DNA of 64,000 nt. Source: Marsupella aquatica (lineage: Eukaryota; Plantae; Marchantiophyta). This document shows, piece after piece, positions 36,097 to 49,127 of this stretch. The notes below the pieces were generated by a model. It was not told the DNA's origin. It saw only the letters and a program-made list of their open reading frames with translations, and did not search any database. The number at the start of each line of letters is the position of its first letter. Within the stretch, counting starts at the first letter, position 1. The stretch lies in contig OZ316899.1 of assembly GCA_973895155.1 (NCBI GenBank), positions 1,325,573 to 1,389,572 on the forward strand, in the 5' to 3' direction. Position numbers and translations under genes: made by a program.

Positions 36097-39000
36097 TGTG
36101 ATACCTTGCCAGGATCACAAAGTACCTAGTTAAGCCTAAAATAATGGCTAAATAAAAATTAGTTAGATAGTATAAGGTAGAAATAAAGACCAAAGCCGAT
36201 TACAACACGTCGTGGGGAGGATTGCGATAGGATCGGATCCAACGGTTGTGATTAAGCGGGATTAGAGTTATGACCTAATCTGGGCTTGATCACACAAGCC
36301 ATCGGGAGGCGGCTTTGCGGGGAGGGGACCGACACTCTGTGTACTTGCTCATTCTCTTGTCGCTCGGGACCTAGGAAGGCGGAAGCAGCTGCCGATCAAT
36401 TGAGGAAGGTGGGTAGGGAATTGCTCAAGCTCCTCTTTCATTCGGTGGAATGATCACAGTGAATCAAGCGGCTAAGTTTTGGGGCTGTTTGCTTGAAGAA
36501 GCACGGCAGCTCATACCAACTTACAAAGTCGTTGAGCCGGAACAAGCAGCAAGGGAACGGGTGGAGCTCGCGCGGTTATGGGGAATTCATAAGACGGCTT
36601 TTGTGGGAACAGAGGAGGTACTCAAGAAATTCTTATGGATTCCCACCAGTGCCAAGCTTGACAAGTTGCTGATCAAAGAGAATCGAGTCATTGGAATTGG
36701 GAGGCGATTAAGAGCGCTGGGCAGCCGGTTTGGGAGTTGAAGGGTCACACTTTGGCTTGGACCAAGGAGGCCATTTTTGGAGAGTTTTCAGGGACTGAAG
36801 AGATGAAGCGAAAGGGTAGTTTGGCGTCTACAACACCAGCTAAGCGGAACCGGTCTGAGAGGCAGGCCAAGGTCGTAGCCGTGCCAATTTGAGATAGGGC
36901 AGTAGAGGATAAGTTTATGGTGGGTTGGGCGGATAGGCTACATGCCAACTTATAACTGCAGTTTGCACGAGAAGAAGATGAGGTCTTCTGTGCTATCCAG
37001 GATAACAAGTATTTTGGATACATGAACAACACCGGCTTAGAGGGATTCATCCGGTTGCCATGGCGATTAATTGACATACCAGAGAAAGATCTATTAGACT
37101 TTGTAGGATACTGGGAGGCTTCTTCTAACACGACGCTGATGTATGGGAAGGTGGTGGAATTAACGCCAGCACTAATTGAAGCCATCTTTGCTCTTCCACG
37201 AGGGAATAAAACTAAGGTGGAGCAGCGAAAGACATTGCCGGATAACCAAATCCGATGATTTCCAGGGCCCTCTACTAAGAATGGGTTCTTTAGAAATCAA
37301 TGCACTAATGCACATGTGGGGCAGTTGATTCATTTCTTAAGAGTCACGCTACACTGTACATTGCCAAGAGCAGATATCGGCAAGGCCCAGGTATTTTTTG
37401 GGGAGAATATCGATTCAAGTCGAGACTACAATGACTATCTCTTAATGCAGTTAAAGAAGGCATTAAATGAAGAGAAGCAAAGTATTGGGGAAGGAGAGGT
37501 ATCCAGACTAGGGTACCATCTGCAATTACTTTGCCAATTTGCAAGAAGCCAATCTTTTGCACCCGTGCTACCGCTACAAGAATGGATGCCAATCACAGCA
37601 CCCTTGGAGGAGGACGAGGAGCCCCTAAACAAACGACGGAAAGAGAAGAGGCCGACAATACATGCAATTCAGGGATGGGAGAATTCCCCTCTCAAGGTGG
37701 TAACATATGATGTGGTGAGAAATCCATTGCAACGGCCTACTCGTAATAATCCATATGCAGGTATTCAACTGGTAGAGAGGAAGATGACTACCGAAGAAAG
37801 AAAGAAACGGGATGAGCAAATGGATTCGGAGTCAGAAGATGGAAGCCGAGGCCGAAGTCAGGAGAGGCCAGTCCTTAGAGCTTCTAGCCGGGCCCAAGTG
37901 GAGGAACCTGTGGAGGTAAATCAACCAGTGGCAGCCCAACAATACTCAGAGGAGGAGATTGGGGGCTTTGCAGACTGAGGAGGCCGGCATACTCGATAGT
38001 CAGGTTAATGTGGATGACTACGACGATGATTATGTCAATCATGGGGAGAGGCCGGTGCCGGGTGTGAGAACGTTGGAAAGGTTTTGTAGAAGACTTCCCT
38101 CAGTATTTTATGGCAAGCCGGAGGATCAGAAAACCCCAGAGTCTCCGCCACCGGATGTGACACCATTGGAATTTGACCGGATGAAGGAGGCCGAGGCAGG
38201 TTTGAAGGAGAAACTCGCCAAGTGGAAGGTCCAAAATGACATACAAGAACGACAGCTACCAGGTGGTGATTGGTCGAAGGAAATCAAACGGCTTAGTGAG
38301 AAGCAGGCCGAGCCTCTCACTGACTTTGATCAATTATGGGCAGATTATCAAACGGAGAAATTGCAAAAGTATGCCAAAGCAGGACGTGGATCACCGACTG
38401 GACGGTCTCCCGCTAGTGGCGTGGTAGCCGAGAATACTGACATGCCAAAACTGACATAAATATTGTCAAGGGTAACTGAGGGTAAGACAATGCAGTTGGT
38501 TGCGGATCTGGCCAAGACATTCATTGGGCCAGCAGGTACTTATGGGATGCCTCTCAAGGCCACTCCAAAAGAGGTCGAAAGTATGGCCGCTCACATTTGT
38601 GGGATTGTTCCTACAAAGGCAGCCGTAGTCGAGATAAGTAATGCCGATGAATTTGGAGCTGCGGTAACAGGTTCAGACATAGGTACCGCCACCATGGACT
38701 ACCGGAATGTGAAGCCGTGGAAGATCGAGACAGAACGTATTGGAGAGTAGGCTTGGATGGAGGAAGTGAAGGCCAACACTATCCAAGCCGTTTCCTAGGA
38801 GGATGCTACCGATGCCGAGGCCAAGGCCGTTAAACCAAGACCCGAAGCCGGGGAAGCCGAAGGGATCAAGCCGGAGCCGATTGCAGGAGGAGGTGTAGAG
38901 TCGGAAGATTTGGGCTTACCCCCGGTCATCTGACAATTAAGGAGGGCCAGTCATTGGTTGGAAGGAGGACGTGGCGGTAGCAGAAGGGCTTGGGCCAGAA

Positions 39001-42000
39001 GGGTGCGGCCGTTGTAGGATGGGACAGGGCAAGTAGCGCCCTATCGGCTTAGGTAATATTAGGTGTTCGGTTCCCGCATGGTTCCGGGTTAGTCAAGTTG
39101 TGTTTAGTGATTGTGGAATGGCTCGATATAGGTTTATGTAAGAAACTTGTCATTTTTTTGCTTTTTGAACAAGGAATAGTAAGAAAGACGTTTTAAGTCT
39201 TATCGGAGTAACTAGGTTTTAGGAACTTAAGTAGGTAGAATAGGAAAGATAGTGGAATGGAAGGTTATTGAGTTGTAAGCAAGTGACAAGGGATAAGAAA
39301 GTTCTTTATGATGGGGCATACAACGTTCCATCCTTATTTAGAATAGCCGACTATTCCGAGCCGGAGAAACAACCCGACACTTGAAGTCTTAGTTTTGGTT
39401 CAGATTTCTCCCATAGATGCTAGGAGGTCCCTAGAGCACCCCTAAAAAGTTAGATGTCAAGTGGGGTCTCAACCTAGGGTTTCCTTGTGTTTTGGTGTGA
39501 CTTAAATTAACAAAATAGCGGGTCCCGGGAAGAATAGCTGATGAGTAAATTTAGGAGTTCCAAGTGGGTTAAATATGGTCCACTCTATCCCTGGGAACTT
39601 GTGGTAGAACCTGGGTATCTTTGGTTACTTTTTGGGAGCATCTCAAAGTTGAGAAGAATTTTGGAAAACATAATTAACCCACTTTACCTAATTTTAGAAA
39701 ATTGGTGATAAGTTTTTGTCTAGATATTAGTAAACCAGGACATAGTCCTATGTCTATAAAATCTGTAGATATACTCAGAAGTCATTTTGGACTCATGTGT
39801 GATTTTTTGGGGCGGTCCAAAACAGCCTGGAAATACTGTTTTCCCAACAAAAAAATTTAAATTTTTTCTAAGTGTCAACCGCGTCGGCGGCGACCACGAC
39901 TTAAGCACGAGGCCGGGGCGACTCAAGCACGAGGTCAGGAACACCATAAGGGTCAATACATGAGATGCTTGCTTCGAATTGGGATCAAGAGGCAACTACG
40001 AAATTGAATTGAGCTGCTATAGCTTCAAGCATGGGATGCTGATCAGAATTGGCTGGCCGCCTTGATGCTGCTGATTGGAATCAAGCTGCGTGCTATGGAG
40101 AAATAGGCTACTGCTGATCAAGAGCTAGTTGGCTGGCTGTGAGCTATGGTGGGCTATGAAATTGAAGGGCTGGCAGCTGATCAGACTTACTACTGCACCA
40201 GAATTAGAAGGGCTAGCTTCAAGCACGAGATGTTGAGTGTTGGCTGATTAGTAAGTATGCTGCAAGCTCAATAGTGTTGCTGCTCTGCTAGCTACAAAGT
40301 TCAGAAGGGTGAGCTATGGCCGGCTGCTGGAGAATAGAGCTAGGCTGCTAGCAAATTGATTTAATGTAGTAGCAAACGGACCAGCTGCAAGGAAGGAATT
40401 AAGAGGGCTAACTGCGAATTGGTGGGCTATGGCTACTGCAAAATTCTGCTGCAATTTTGAATCACTTGCAAGGCTGGATGGCTATGGAGGTGGACTGAGA
40501 AGGGTGCTGCAAACCTGGTTGAGCTGTAGATTGACTTGCTGCCATTCGAATCCAACAAAGAATGATGCAGTTTCAGATTGAATTCAAGAGAGAGAAAAAT
40601 GGCTGCGAAAATTGATGTCCTTATCAAATTCTTCATAAGAAACGTGAGTATAATGAGAGTACTCTCCCCTAGTGACACCTGGAATCTCCATAAGAGGCGT
40701 GTAAGGTAAGTGTAATCGGGTCACCGCTTACACCCGCTTTACACCAAAAACAGGCCTTGGGAGAATGGGCATAACTTTGGCTAAGGATATCCATTGGGGC
40801 CCAAATTTTGTTGTGTTGAGTTAGGGGAAGGTAAGGCACCCCTTGGTGAAGGTGGAAACCAAGAAAAAGAATCACTCAAATATGTTTTTTGCCGAGGCCA
40901 CAAGGGGGTCCCGATGGCTTGCAAACCAAAGTCGGCATAGGGGAATGAATACCAGATTTAGGGGCTGACCTTTCTTGCACCCATACTACTTTAGTTAGGC
41001 TCTAGGGAAGGGTACTTACCTTTGTTCAAAGGTGTAAGGCCATCATGTTAAGAAAAGTAAGTATAGGGGGTAATTTACTTAGGGTAGTAAAGGGGTTATA
41101 AGTAAAATAAGGCCATCTTTGACTAGGCACAACTTGAGACTCACTCACTCTTTTTGCGAGCTTTCAAGTGGATTGGGAAGCTGGTGAGGAGGAACATAAG
41201 TGGGAGCAGGTTTGGAGGTCAAAGCATGCAATTCATGTGTGGCATATTCCAGGGCTTGGAAGGAGGCCAAACAATAGGTTGTAGGGTGGGCTACGAACTA
41301 TAGAGTTGGACTTTGTGTGTTAGGAGGATTTGGAGGAGGAGTAGTTGGACCCCAGGTCAAGCTTGGTGTGGTGTGGAAGGAGAATAGTATATAAGGAGTA
41401 AGTTTTCATTTGTTAGGGATCGGGAGTCTCATCTCTTAAGTGGAATCTCTACCTTGCCAAGGTAGGGCTAAGCTTGAGAAGGGAGAGGTGGTCCATGCTT
41501 AGTGTGGAGAATGTGTAGTGAACTTTTGTTGTAAAGGTGATGCAATAAAAGGAGACTTGCCAATCTTCATTGTGACCATTAAGTGTGAGTGCATTTGAAG
41601 TATATGAGAGCAAGAGAAGGGTCCATGCTATGATGTAATCTTGGTCTAAGCTCAAAGGGGATGTGCTAGTATAAAACCAAGGCCAAGGAGGCAAGGTTAA
41701 GGTAGAGCACTACTTTGAGACTTAGAAAGGATTATAGCTTGAGGGTGGAAAGTACTTTGCTTGGTGTGTGGTGTTAACAAGAAGTAAGAACAAGAGGAAG
41801 AGTCCTTAGATAGAGGAGCCTTCTCTAGAGCTCAAAGGGGATGTGTGGACCCAAACCAAGGCCAGGGGGGCAAAGTTGAGGAGTAACACTACTTTGAGGG
41901 TCTTGAGGAGACTTAAGCTTGAAGAGGAAAGTACTTTGGGTTCTTGGATGTTTGTGTGAGAATCTACTCTAAGGTGACAGCTTGGAGTGGAGATCTCCCT

Positions 42001-42967
42001 TGCTGATCCTTGGAGCTAGTAGAGGAGAGGGGAAGGGTGTGAGTGCAAAAGTAGTCAAGGGGACTACCTCTCTAGAAGTGGAGAGTTGAAACTACTTATG
42101 TATGGAGTGATTAGACATTGTAAGCACATTTCAGAAGTTTTGTCAATCCTTTGTGACCCTGGTATGACATGGAGCAGGTAGTAGGTAGTTTCTTCGGAGA
42201 AAAGCCACTTAAGCTCCTTGATAAGTGTTTGACAGCGATTGTTAATTAGCAGGTTTATTGCGGTGGAAGGCCGTGATTTGTGGTTTTGATTTCCGCCGAT
42301 TCCCCTAGATGCGCTGCAAGGATAAAAACCTGGGCAGCGTGGCTTGGGGGGCTTTTTCTAGTCAAGACTCTAGTGTAAATCAGTATTACTAGCATAGGAA
42401 GCTCTTGGCTAAATCTAGACCGCGGATTATTAGTAAACCACAAGTTCCCATAGATTTTTGTGCAATTGCTTGAATTGAGTTGGCCTTGTTGCCTAGTTCG
42501 CAGATTCTTGCCAATCATGGTGTTGTGTGTTATGATATTTGTTGCTTGATCGATTTGAGTCAGTTAGAGTGATACTGTGAGCTAATATGATTGCATTGTC
42601 TTGATTGAAGACTGCCAAACCAAACTCTGAGAGAAAGGTGAGGATTGAAAATGTTTTGTTGGTTAAAGTGTGGGTTGAGTCGGTCTGAGAAAAACCTTCA
42701 GCCGGCTTAAGAGATTAAGCTGTAGGGGTACATTCTGGGGGCGGAATACAAACATACTCGACGAAGTCAATTAAGGAATTAGGCATCTCAGCAATACACA
42801 ATTCACAAGCCCATTGAAAGAATCGGTCCAGCATAGTGTGGATCAAAGAAGTAGACCGCGTTTCCAAGCCAAATAGTAGCCAAACCACCATAAGCGGACC
42901 ATAAGTAGTGGTTCATAGCCAGTTGCGGATGGTTCTTGGGGTTAGAGGTGTTGGGAAACGCACCACA
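36097..42967 (+). mobile_element. Giant solo-LTR-like unit, family 2, copy D (6871 bp, probably with nested sequence)
   Basis: TGTGATAC...GCACCACA ends; perfect TSD GGAAC (36092-36096 / 42968-42972); termini and ORF homologous to 53107-57818; no gag/pol. Confidence 0.88.
36450..38932 (+). pseudogene. Family-2 unit-encoded protein, fragmented
   Basis: ORFs 36450-36740, 37022-37258, 37316-37978, 37959-38459 and 38463-38750 align in order with the protein of 54020-57708 (FWGCL..AARER.ELARLW; GLE.F.RLPW; PGVRT..ESPPP..LPGGDW). Confidence 0.82.
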
Positions 42968-43957
42968 GGAACTGAATCAAGAGGTGGCGTCAAACACGCC
43001 AAGTGCCAACCTCTTGAGCAACCATCACAAATCAACATGGTTGCAGCTCCACGGGCGGATCCACACAACATACACCGTAAGCTTGCAGGTATCACTGCTA
43101 GACTAGGATCAATGCTATCATCAATGTTTGAAAGGTGACAAGGTGCACAGTTGCGCACATGATCTTTCCAAACCATACCATCACGACCTTCTAAAACCAG
43201 AATGTCTGATGACAAAACCTTCTGCACTTGTAGAATAGTACGTCTGGCAGTGACATCCAAAGTAGTAGGTGCTGTCTGTTGTAGATACACATAGTCTCCA
43301 GAATGAAATTGCCTGATGCTAGGGCAATATCCTCCTCCCCAAATAGTGGCATACCTCAAAGTATCCCGATGCTGCGCAATAGCTAAGTTCTCAAATGCCA
43401 TGGGCATCACTCTCCAAAACAAGTTTGCCCGTTGAGAACAAGCTCGCATCCACATGTCAGGGTCATCCAACTGCAACACCTCAACAACCTCCCTTTGAAT
43501 GGCTGCTAGCAACACTGGCTCCCTACCATAGAGCAACAAATATGGTGAAAAGGATGCAAGAGATGCTTGCTTACTGAATCGATATCCCATTGCTAACCAT
43601 GATAGCTGGATATCCCAATCATTCACGTGACCCTTCTACAAGCCATACTTCCGCAATCCTCTCTTTACTATCTAGACAACTCTCTCTGCCAATCCATCTG
43701 CCTGTGGATGATCCCTAGACGTCGTACGGTGATCAATCAATGCTTGATCACACAAGGCCTAAAAATCTCCACAAAACTCAGTCCCCTGGTCAGTCAAAAC
43801 CTCAGCAGGAGCACCAAAATGGCTCAATTCACGGTCCAGAAAGGCATAGGCAACTCCTTCACTACCTTTATCTGGCAATGCAACCAACTCAATCCATTTA
43901 GAAAAGTGCTCCACCATCACTAAGGTATAACGGTTGTGACGTCTAGTCAATGGTAAG
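42968..43957 (-). pseudogene. Gypsy integrase core and C-terminus with PHD finger
   Basis: LVMVEHFSKWIELVAL..VLTDQGTEF core, SPYLLLYGREP, then CMLC..ICDGCSRGWHLACLTPPLDSVP. Confidence 0.9.
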
Positions 43958-44861
43958 TGTCACATCATTATGAGTGGTAGTATAGGATATCGGACTATGT
44001 AGGTTTGAGGCTTTCATATGTGTGTTATCTAAATGTTTTAGGGTTAGTGTATGTTTGTGAGGGATAGTTATATATCTCTTTGTGTTGGCTCAAAGGTCTC
44101 ATCTTTTGATGTTGAGCCTTTCGAGCAAAGCTCTAGCGGCTATGGTGTGGCTGTCTAGGTTGTGTGTACGTAACGTGGATTCCTTGAGGCGCAAGGTGCA
44201 TTTGGCTTGACATAAGTGTGTGATCGTGTCAGACAGGATTGTGTGTTTGATTGGCATCAATCGTTGTTCAATTGCTCTTGAAGATTACATCAAAAGATCG
44301 ACTTCAAACTTTGTTGTGCGGACTGTGCAGACAGAAGTTTGATTTCATTTTGGTTTTGTTGTTGACAATTTGTGGTAGCTCGGATCGGGTGTTGTTATTG
44401 AATGGATCGTTGGTATCTCGATCTATTGCAAGTTGGTGCGACGCTTGCATAATTCAAGTGAAGCTTCAAGTTGTTGTTGCTAAGTTGTGGTTTTGGAGTT
44501 GCGGTCTTCATCGATATGCGGTGCTGCATCGTGGAGGACTGATTGTGTGATTGACAAGCGGATGTTGCTGTCAACAATTTGTGTGAGACAGACGATGGTG
44601 TCTGGTCCTATTTGGTGAAGGGAAAGTAGTCGGATGTGTGACTCTTTGTGGTTTTGATTGAGGTGGTTCGATTGGGAGCCCGATACTTGATTATGTTTAC
44701 AATTTTTTTAGGATGCAGTTCTGATTTGCATCAAGTTCCTTGTTGATGGATAGTGCGTTTCTATGAAGGAAACAACGTTGAATGTTGGTGAATTGTGTTG
44801 GCGGCTGTGACGCCGCCGATACGGTGGGTAATGAGTGATTCGGCCTAACGATGCTTAGCAC

Positions 44862-45577
44862 GCGCGTTAGGGATATATTAGGCCGTAATTATTAGCATAA
44901 CGACAGTATTTAGGTAGCCATTATGAGTAGGAAATCATTAGTCAATAAGAGGCGTTCGTGTTGGGCTGGCGGTGAGTCGCCATTCGCACGCCCGGGTTGT
45001 GAGCATGTAATGGGCCCTCACCTTTCCCCCTCGGGTCCGTATAACAAACTTTGGGAGGTGGCCACTGACACAAGCTGACCCAAACCGGCGGAGTGGCCGG
45101 TACACTGCAAGCGTGAAAGACTCAGCCTATAAGCGACAAGGAGGCGTCGGGCGATCGACGAGCTTCTAGGGTATAAAAAGGGGACCGATCCTTGGCAGTG
45201 CACCAGTTCATCAGTCCACGCGTTGGGGGTATCTTAGGCCGTATTTATTAGCATAACGACAGTATTTAGGTAGCCATTATCAATAGGAAATCATTAGTCA
45301 ATAAGGGGCGTTCGTGTTTGGGCTGGCAGCGGGTCGCCATTCGCATGCCCGGGTTGCGAGCGTATAATGGGCCCTCCACTCTTTCCCCTCGGGTCCGTAT
45401 AACAAATTTTGGGAGGCGGCCACTGACACGCGCTGACCCGGACTGGCGGAGTGGCCGGTACACTACAAGCGTGAAAGTCTCGGCCTATAAGCAACGAGGA
45501 GGCGACAAGCAATCAACGAGCTCTCAGGGTATAAAAGGGGGCCGATCCTTTGCAGTGCACCAGTTCTTCAAACCACG
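44862..45577. repeat. ~358-bp tandem duplication of the TATA-containing promoter segment in copy B
   Basis: Two copies joined at a CACGCG microhomology; TATA at 45172 and 45530. Confidence 0.88.
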
Positions 45578-45634
45578 CGCCAGCTTTGATCTTAGTTCTC
45601 TTGCTTATCCTTAGTCTCCTTCCATCTCCTCTTA

Positions 45635-48212
45635 ATGTCGCACACAATCCTTTCCAGTTCGGCCATACAATTTTGGACGCAGTTCCTGTCTATCAGAGGG
45701 CACTTGGCCGACTCGTTGAAACACGCCAACCCACAACAATACAAGATTGAACGCAAGTATGAGAGAGCCATCCGCCTAGCAGGCCGCCATCACTATCTCC
45801 TTAACTTTGATTACCCGTCTCAGAGCAAGCTTTACCAACTCAAAGAAATATCAGGGTACTTCTTTGACGGAGGCAAATATATCGGCTTCTGGGAGGCATT
45901 GCTTTGGCTCCCGGATGAGGACTTCAATATCCCGGGCACGATCAACTTACAGCGGCACCACTTTGACCACATCCTCGCTCGGGTCCGGGACATCATCAAC
46001 AGCGAGTTCAGCGCTACCCAATCTAGCAGGGCGCCTACACTTGCGTCAGAAAACCTCTACCGGCACCTACAAAATTTCATGGCAACCACACCATCGACCA
46101 CCACTGCCAGCCCAGCCGTGCCCGCACCAGCTCAGGCTCAGGCTCCGCCTCAGCTTAGCCAACCCCCGCCCCTACAGGTGAGATCCGTCATCAACGCTAT
46201 GGACCTCAGCGACAATGAAGAGGCTACCTTACCCCTGCTCAGGCGGCCTAGAGGAGTAAGTACCCACGGAGCCGGCACTACATCGCCCCTTCCCTAGGCC
46301 CGGACCAGAGTAGTGGCTCCAGCAGACAACACGGTGACCGTAGCCGCCCCGGCCCCAATACTAACGGCGGTGGCACTACCTACACCCGATCAAGAGGATG
46401 GGGAGGTGTCATCCTCCCCGAGCCAGTGTCAGGGAAGGAAGAGGAAGGTACCCGCAGCTATATCCGGGCTACCCATGGCCACGGTAGCCGCAGCCAAGGT
46501 AACAATGCACCGCATGGGGGAAAACGTGCATAAGAACATCCTCCACCCCAAACATGCGGTGTACTTGAAGACTCAGGGGTTCGAGCACCTTGTCTCTCTC
46601 CCCTGGAACACCTGTAGATACTATGGGGAGGACATGATGGAGTTTGTCAAGAATTATGCCGATGTCCGTCAGCATACCCGGCTGCGGGGGAGGAATATGT
46701 CTCTCATAGAGGAACGGCTCAAGATGACCTTCGGGCTATCCAAAGGCAATCACCGAGTTGAATCACGGGCTCCCAGGGGCAAGGGAGCCAAGTACCAATC
46801 CTCGAGTTTTCCCTCCGAGGGGTCAGTGGACAACGGGTTCATGATGAGGACCTGCCTCATCCCCAAGATAGCTGAGCGGCTGGAGTTCCAAAGGTAAGCC
46901 CTCCACATGATGGAACCCCGGGGCAAGATCTCCGCTGCTCAGGGGTTATCCAAGTCGAGAACTATCGACCTTTGAAGTGGGCTTCGTACTTCGCTAAGAA
47001 GTTCCATGAAGAGATGGAGCGGCAAAGGAACTTGCTATACATCGGTGGGAAGGCGTATTTTGCGAGCCACATCGAGATCATTCTCGAGTGGTACGCCCAA
47101 TTTGATCGACGAACCCTTCCCCGGGTCAACATAACTAAGTTGATTCTGACTAAGTAGATCTTCCAGCCTTGGAGAGACGGCCTCAACCCGAGGCCCAAAG
47201 TCCGGTGGCGACGCAGGCCTCACCCATCCAACCTCCACAGGTAGCGGTAGCCATGGCCAAAGAAGTACCGGAAGAGACAGTGATTGCAACCTTAAACGCA
47301 ATCAACCAGGCCGGGCCTGGTGCAGAAGTCGGGGCGGTGGAGGCCTTGCCCGAGCCCAAAGGTCCAGAAGACCCACCAGTGGCTATTCCAGAGGATGGCC
47401 CAATGGTGGAGGAGGACACTCCAGCCCCTTCCAACACTACATCCCCAGGGCTGGATGTCACTACCCCGGCTCCCACGCGAGTTAATGTCTGCCCGTGCCC
47501 AACTCTAGACGGGCATAACTTGGACCACCCGGAACTCTTAATACCAGGTACATTTCTAAATGGGCTTTTGGGAGATTTCTCCCAACAGATAGTCTGGTAT
47601 ACCGGGGAGTTCATGGCTCAGGAGTTGGTTACCAATCGCAGTAAAAGTAGGTCGGGCTCAGTCGGAGGCCCTTCAGCGGATAGAGCGGTACCGGGTTGAA
47701 TCCGTGTACCTAAAGGATGAAGTTGCAGCTCAAGAGGCTGAGCTTCTGCAACTACGACCCAAGGTTGCAATCGCAGATGAGTTGTTAGCAAATGTGCATG
47801 CCCTTACCACCTTGGCCGAACAAGCCAAAGCCGGGAAGGAGGCCGAGATTGCACGGCTCCGGACCCAGGTTGACAGTTGAACAACCAAACTATCATCTGG
47901 TAGAAAGACCTAGAGGAGGCCGAAGAGTGGGCCCAGCGTGACACTGCGAAGATTGCCACCCTGCAGGCCAAAGTGGCATGGCTTCAAGCCAAAGCCGAGA
48001 AATAGACCCAGGTGGTGGACAAGCTGACGAGCAACGCCAAGAAACTAGAAGAGGCATGCCAGGAGGCAGCTGAGGAGACGGACGCGGCGAAGTGAGAAAA
48101 CGAATCTCTGCTGGACCAAGTCCAGCTCCTCAAGGCGGACAACGACAGGCTCCGTAGGCAACGGGATGGCCGCCTCCACTCGGACGGCTCTGGCAACCGC
48201 ACCAGCCATTAG
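45635..48212 (+). pseudogene. Family-1 unit-encoded protein, copy B
   Basis: MSHTILSSSA.. to ..GSGNRTSH*; colinear with 20626-23269. Confidence 0.85.
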
Positions 48213-49127
48213 CGGAGGGTTAGGCTTAGAATAGACTTAGAAGTAGCTAAAACAGGCTGGTAGGACAAGTGCCGGCCAGAAGATAGCGGCGCTGACACAT
48301 TAGCCAGCCTGTGTAGAATAGGTTAGACTAATAGGACAAGCAAGCACCAGCTTAGTAGGGATATAAGTTAGCGTAGATTTGGGCACGAGGCCAGGCCGGT
48401 CCTCAACCCTTAGTATTTAGCGGACCCCCTAGTAGAGGTTAGGAGGGGGATTTTAGACTCAGAAGTTGGCCATTCGTAGTACGCATGGGGAGTCCCAAAC
48501 TTGGTGAAGTACCGGAGTACCAAGGGGAGGGTATACGACTAAGTTTGCTGGGCGAGTGCGGAGCTGGGCTCCGTTGTAGTGTATACTCCTCGGCCTTGGG
48601 CCCGGTCGTTCACTAGGTGTCGGGAAATGAATGAAATCCTTTCTCCTTAATTCCTTCGTATAAATCGAGATTTCTGTTATGTATGTATGCATGTATGAGT
48701 CTCGTGTGCAAGTATCAATGTCGGGCCAAACATGTTATGCCAACCGTGCACGGGGTGCAGGATATGGGTACGGGGTTGCGAGCCCGGGTTGAGCTCTTGT
48801 ACTAACGGATCCAGATCAAAGGCGGTAACACAAAGGCTTAAAAGTCCGTGAGCCAGGGTCGACCCCGTGTCGACTAAGGTACGTTCCGGTGGCGGAACAC
48901 AAACTATACCTAGGAGGTGTCTATACATAACATTAAGCGCACTTAGCGCTAGTTTACGTGAATTAGGAGCATTCCGTGCGTCCCTCCCTGCCCGAACGCT
49001 CATATTCACAAAGAATGTGCCTGTCTAAGCCAAAGCCTGGGTTAAGGCCTAGGCTGACGACGTGACAACGGGCCAGCTTCGACCCCAGTTCTCTCGCTTA
49101 TCCTTAGTCGCCTTCTATCTCCTCTGA

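Noticed and set aside
43958-44212. 255-bp solo LTR (TGTCA...TGACA) with TAAG on both sides
   Set aside because: Only a 4-bp duplication, and removing it does not restore recognisable integrase sequence upstream of LPLTRRH, so it may be coincidental.
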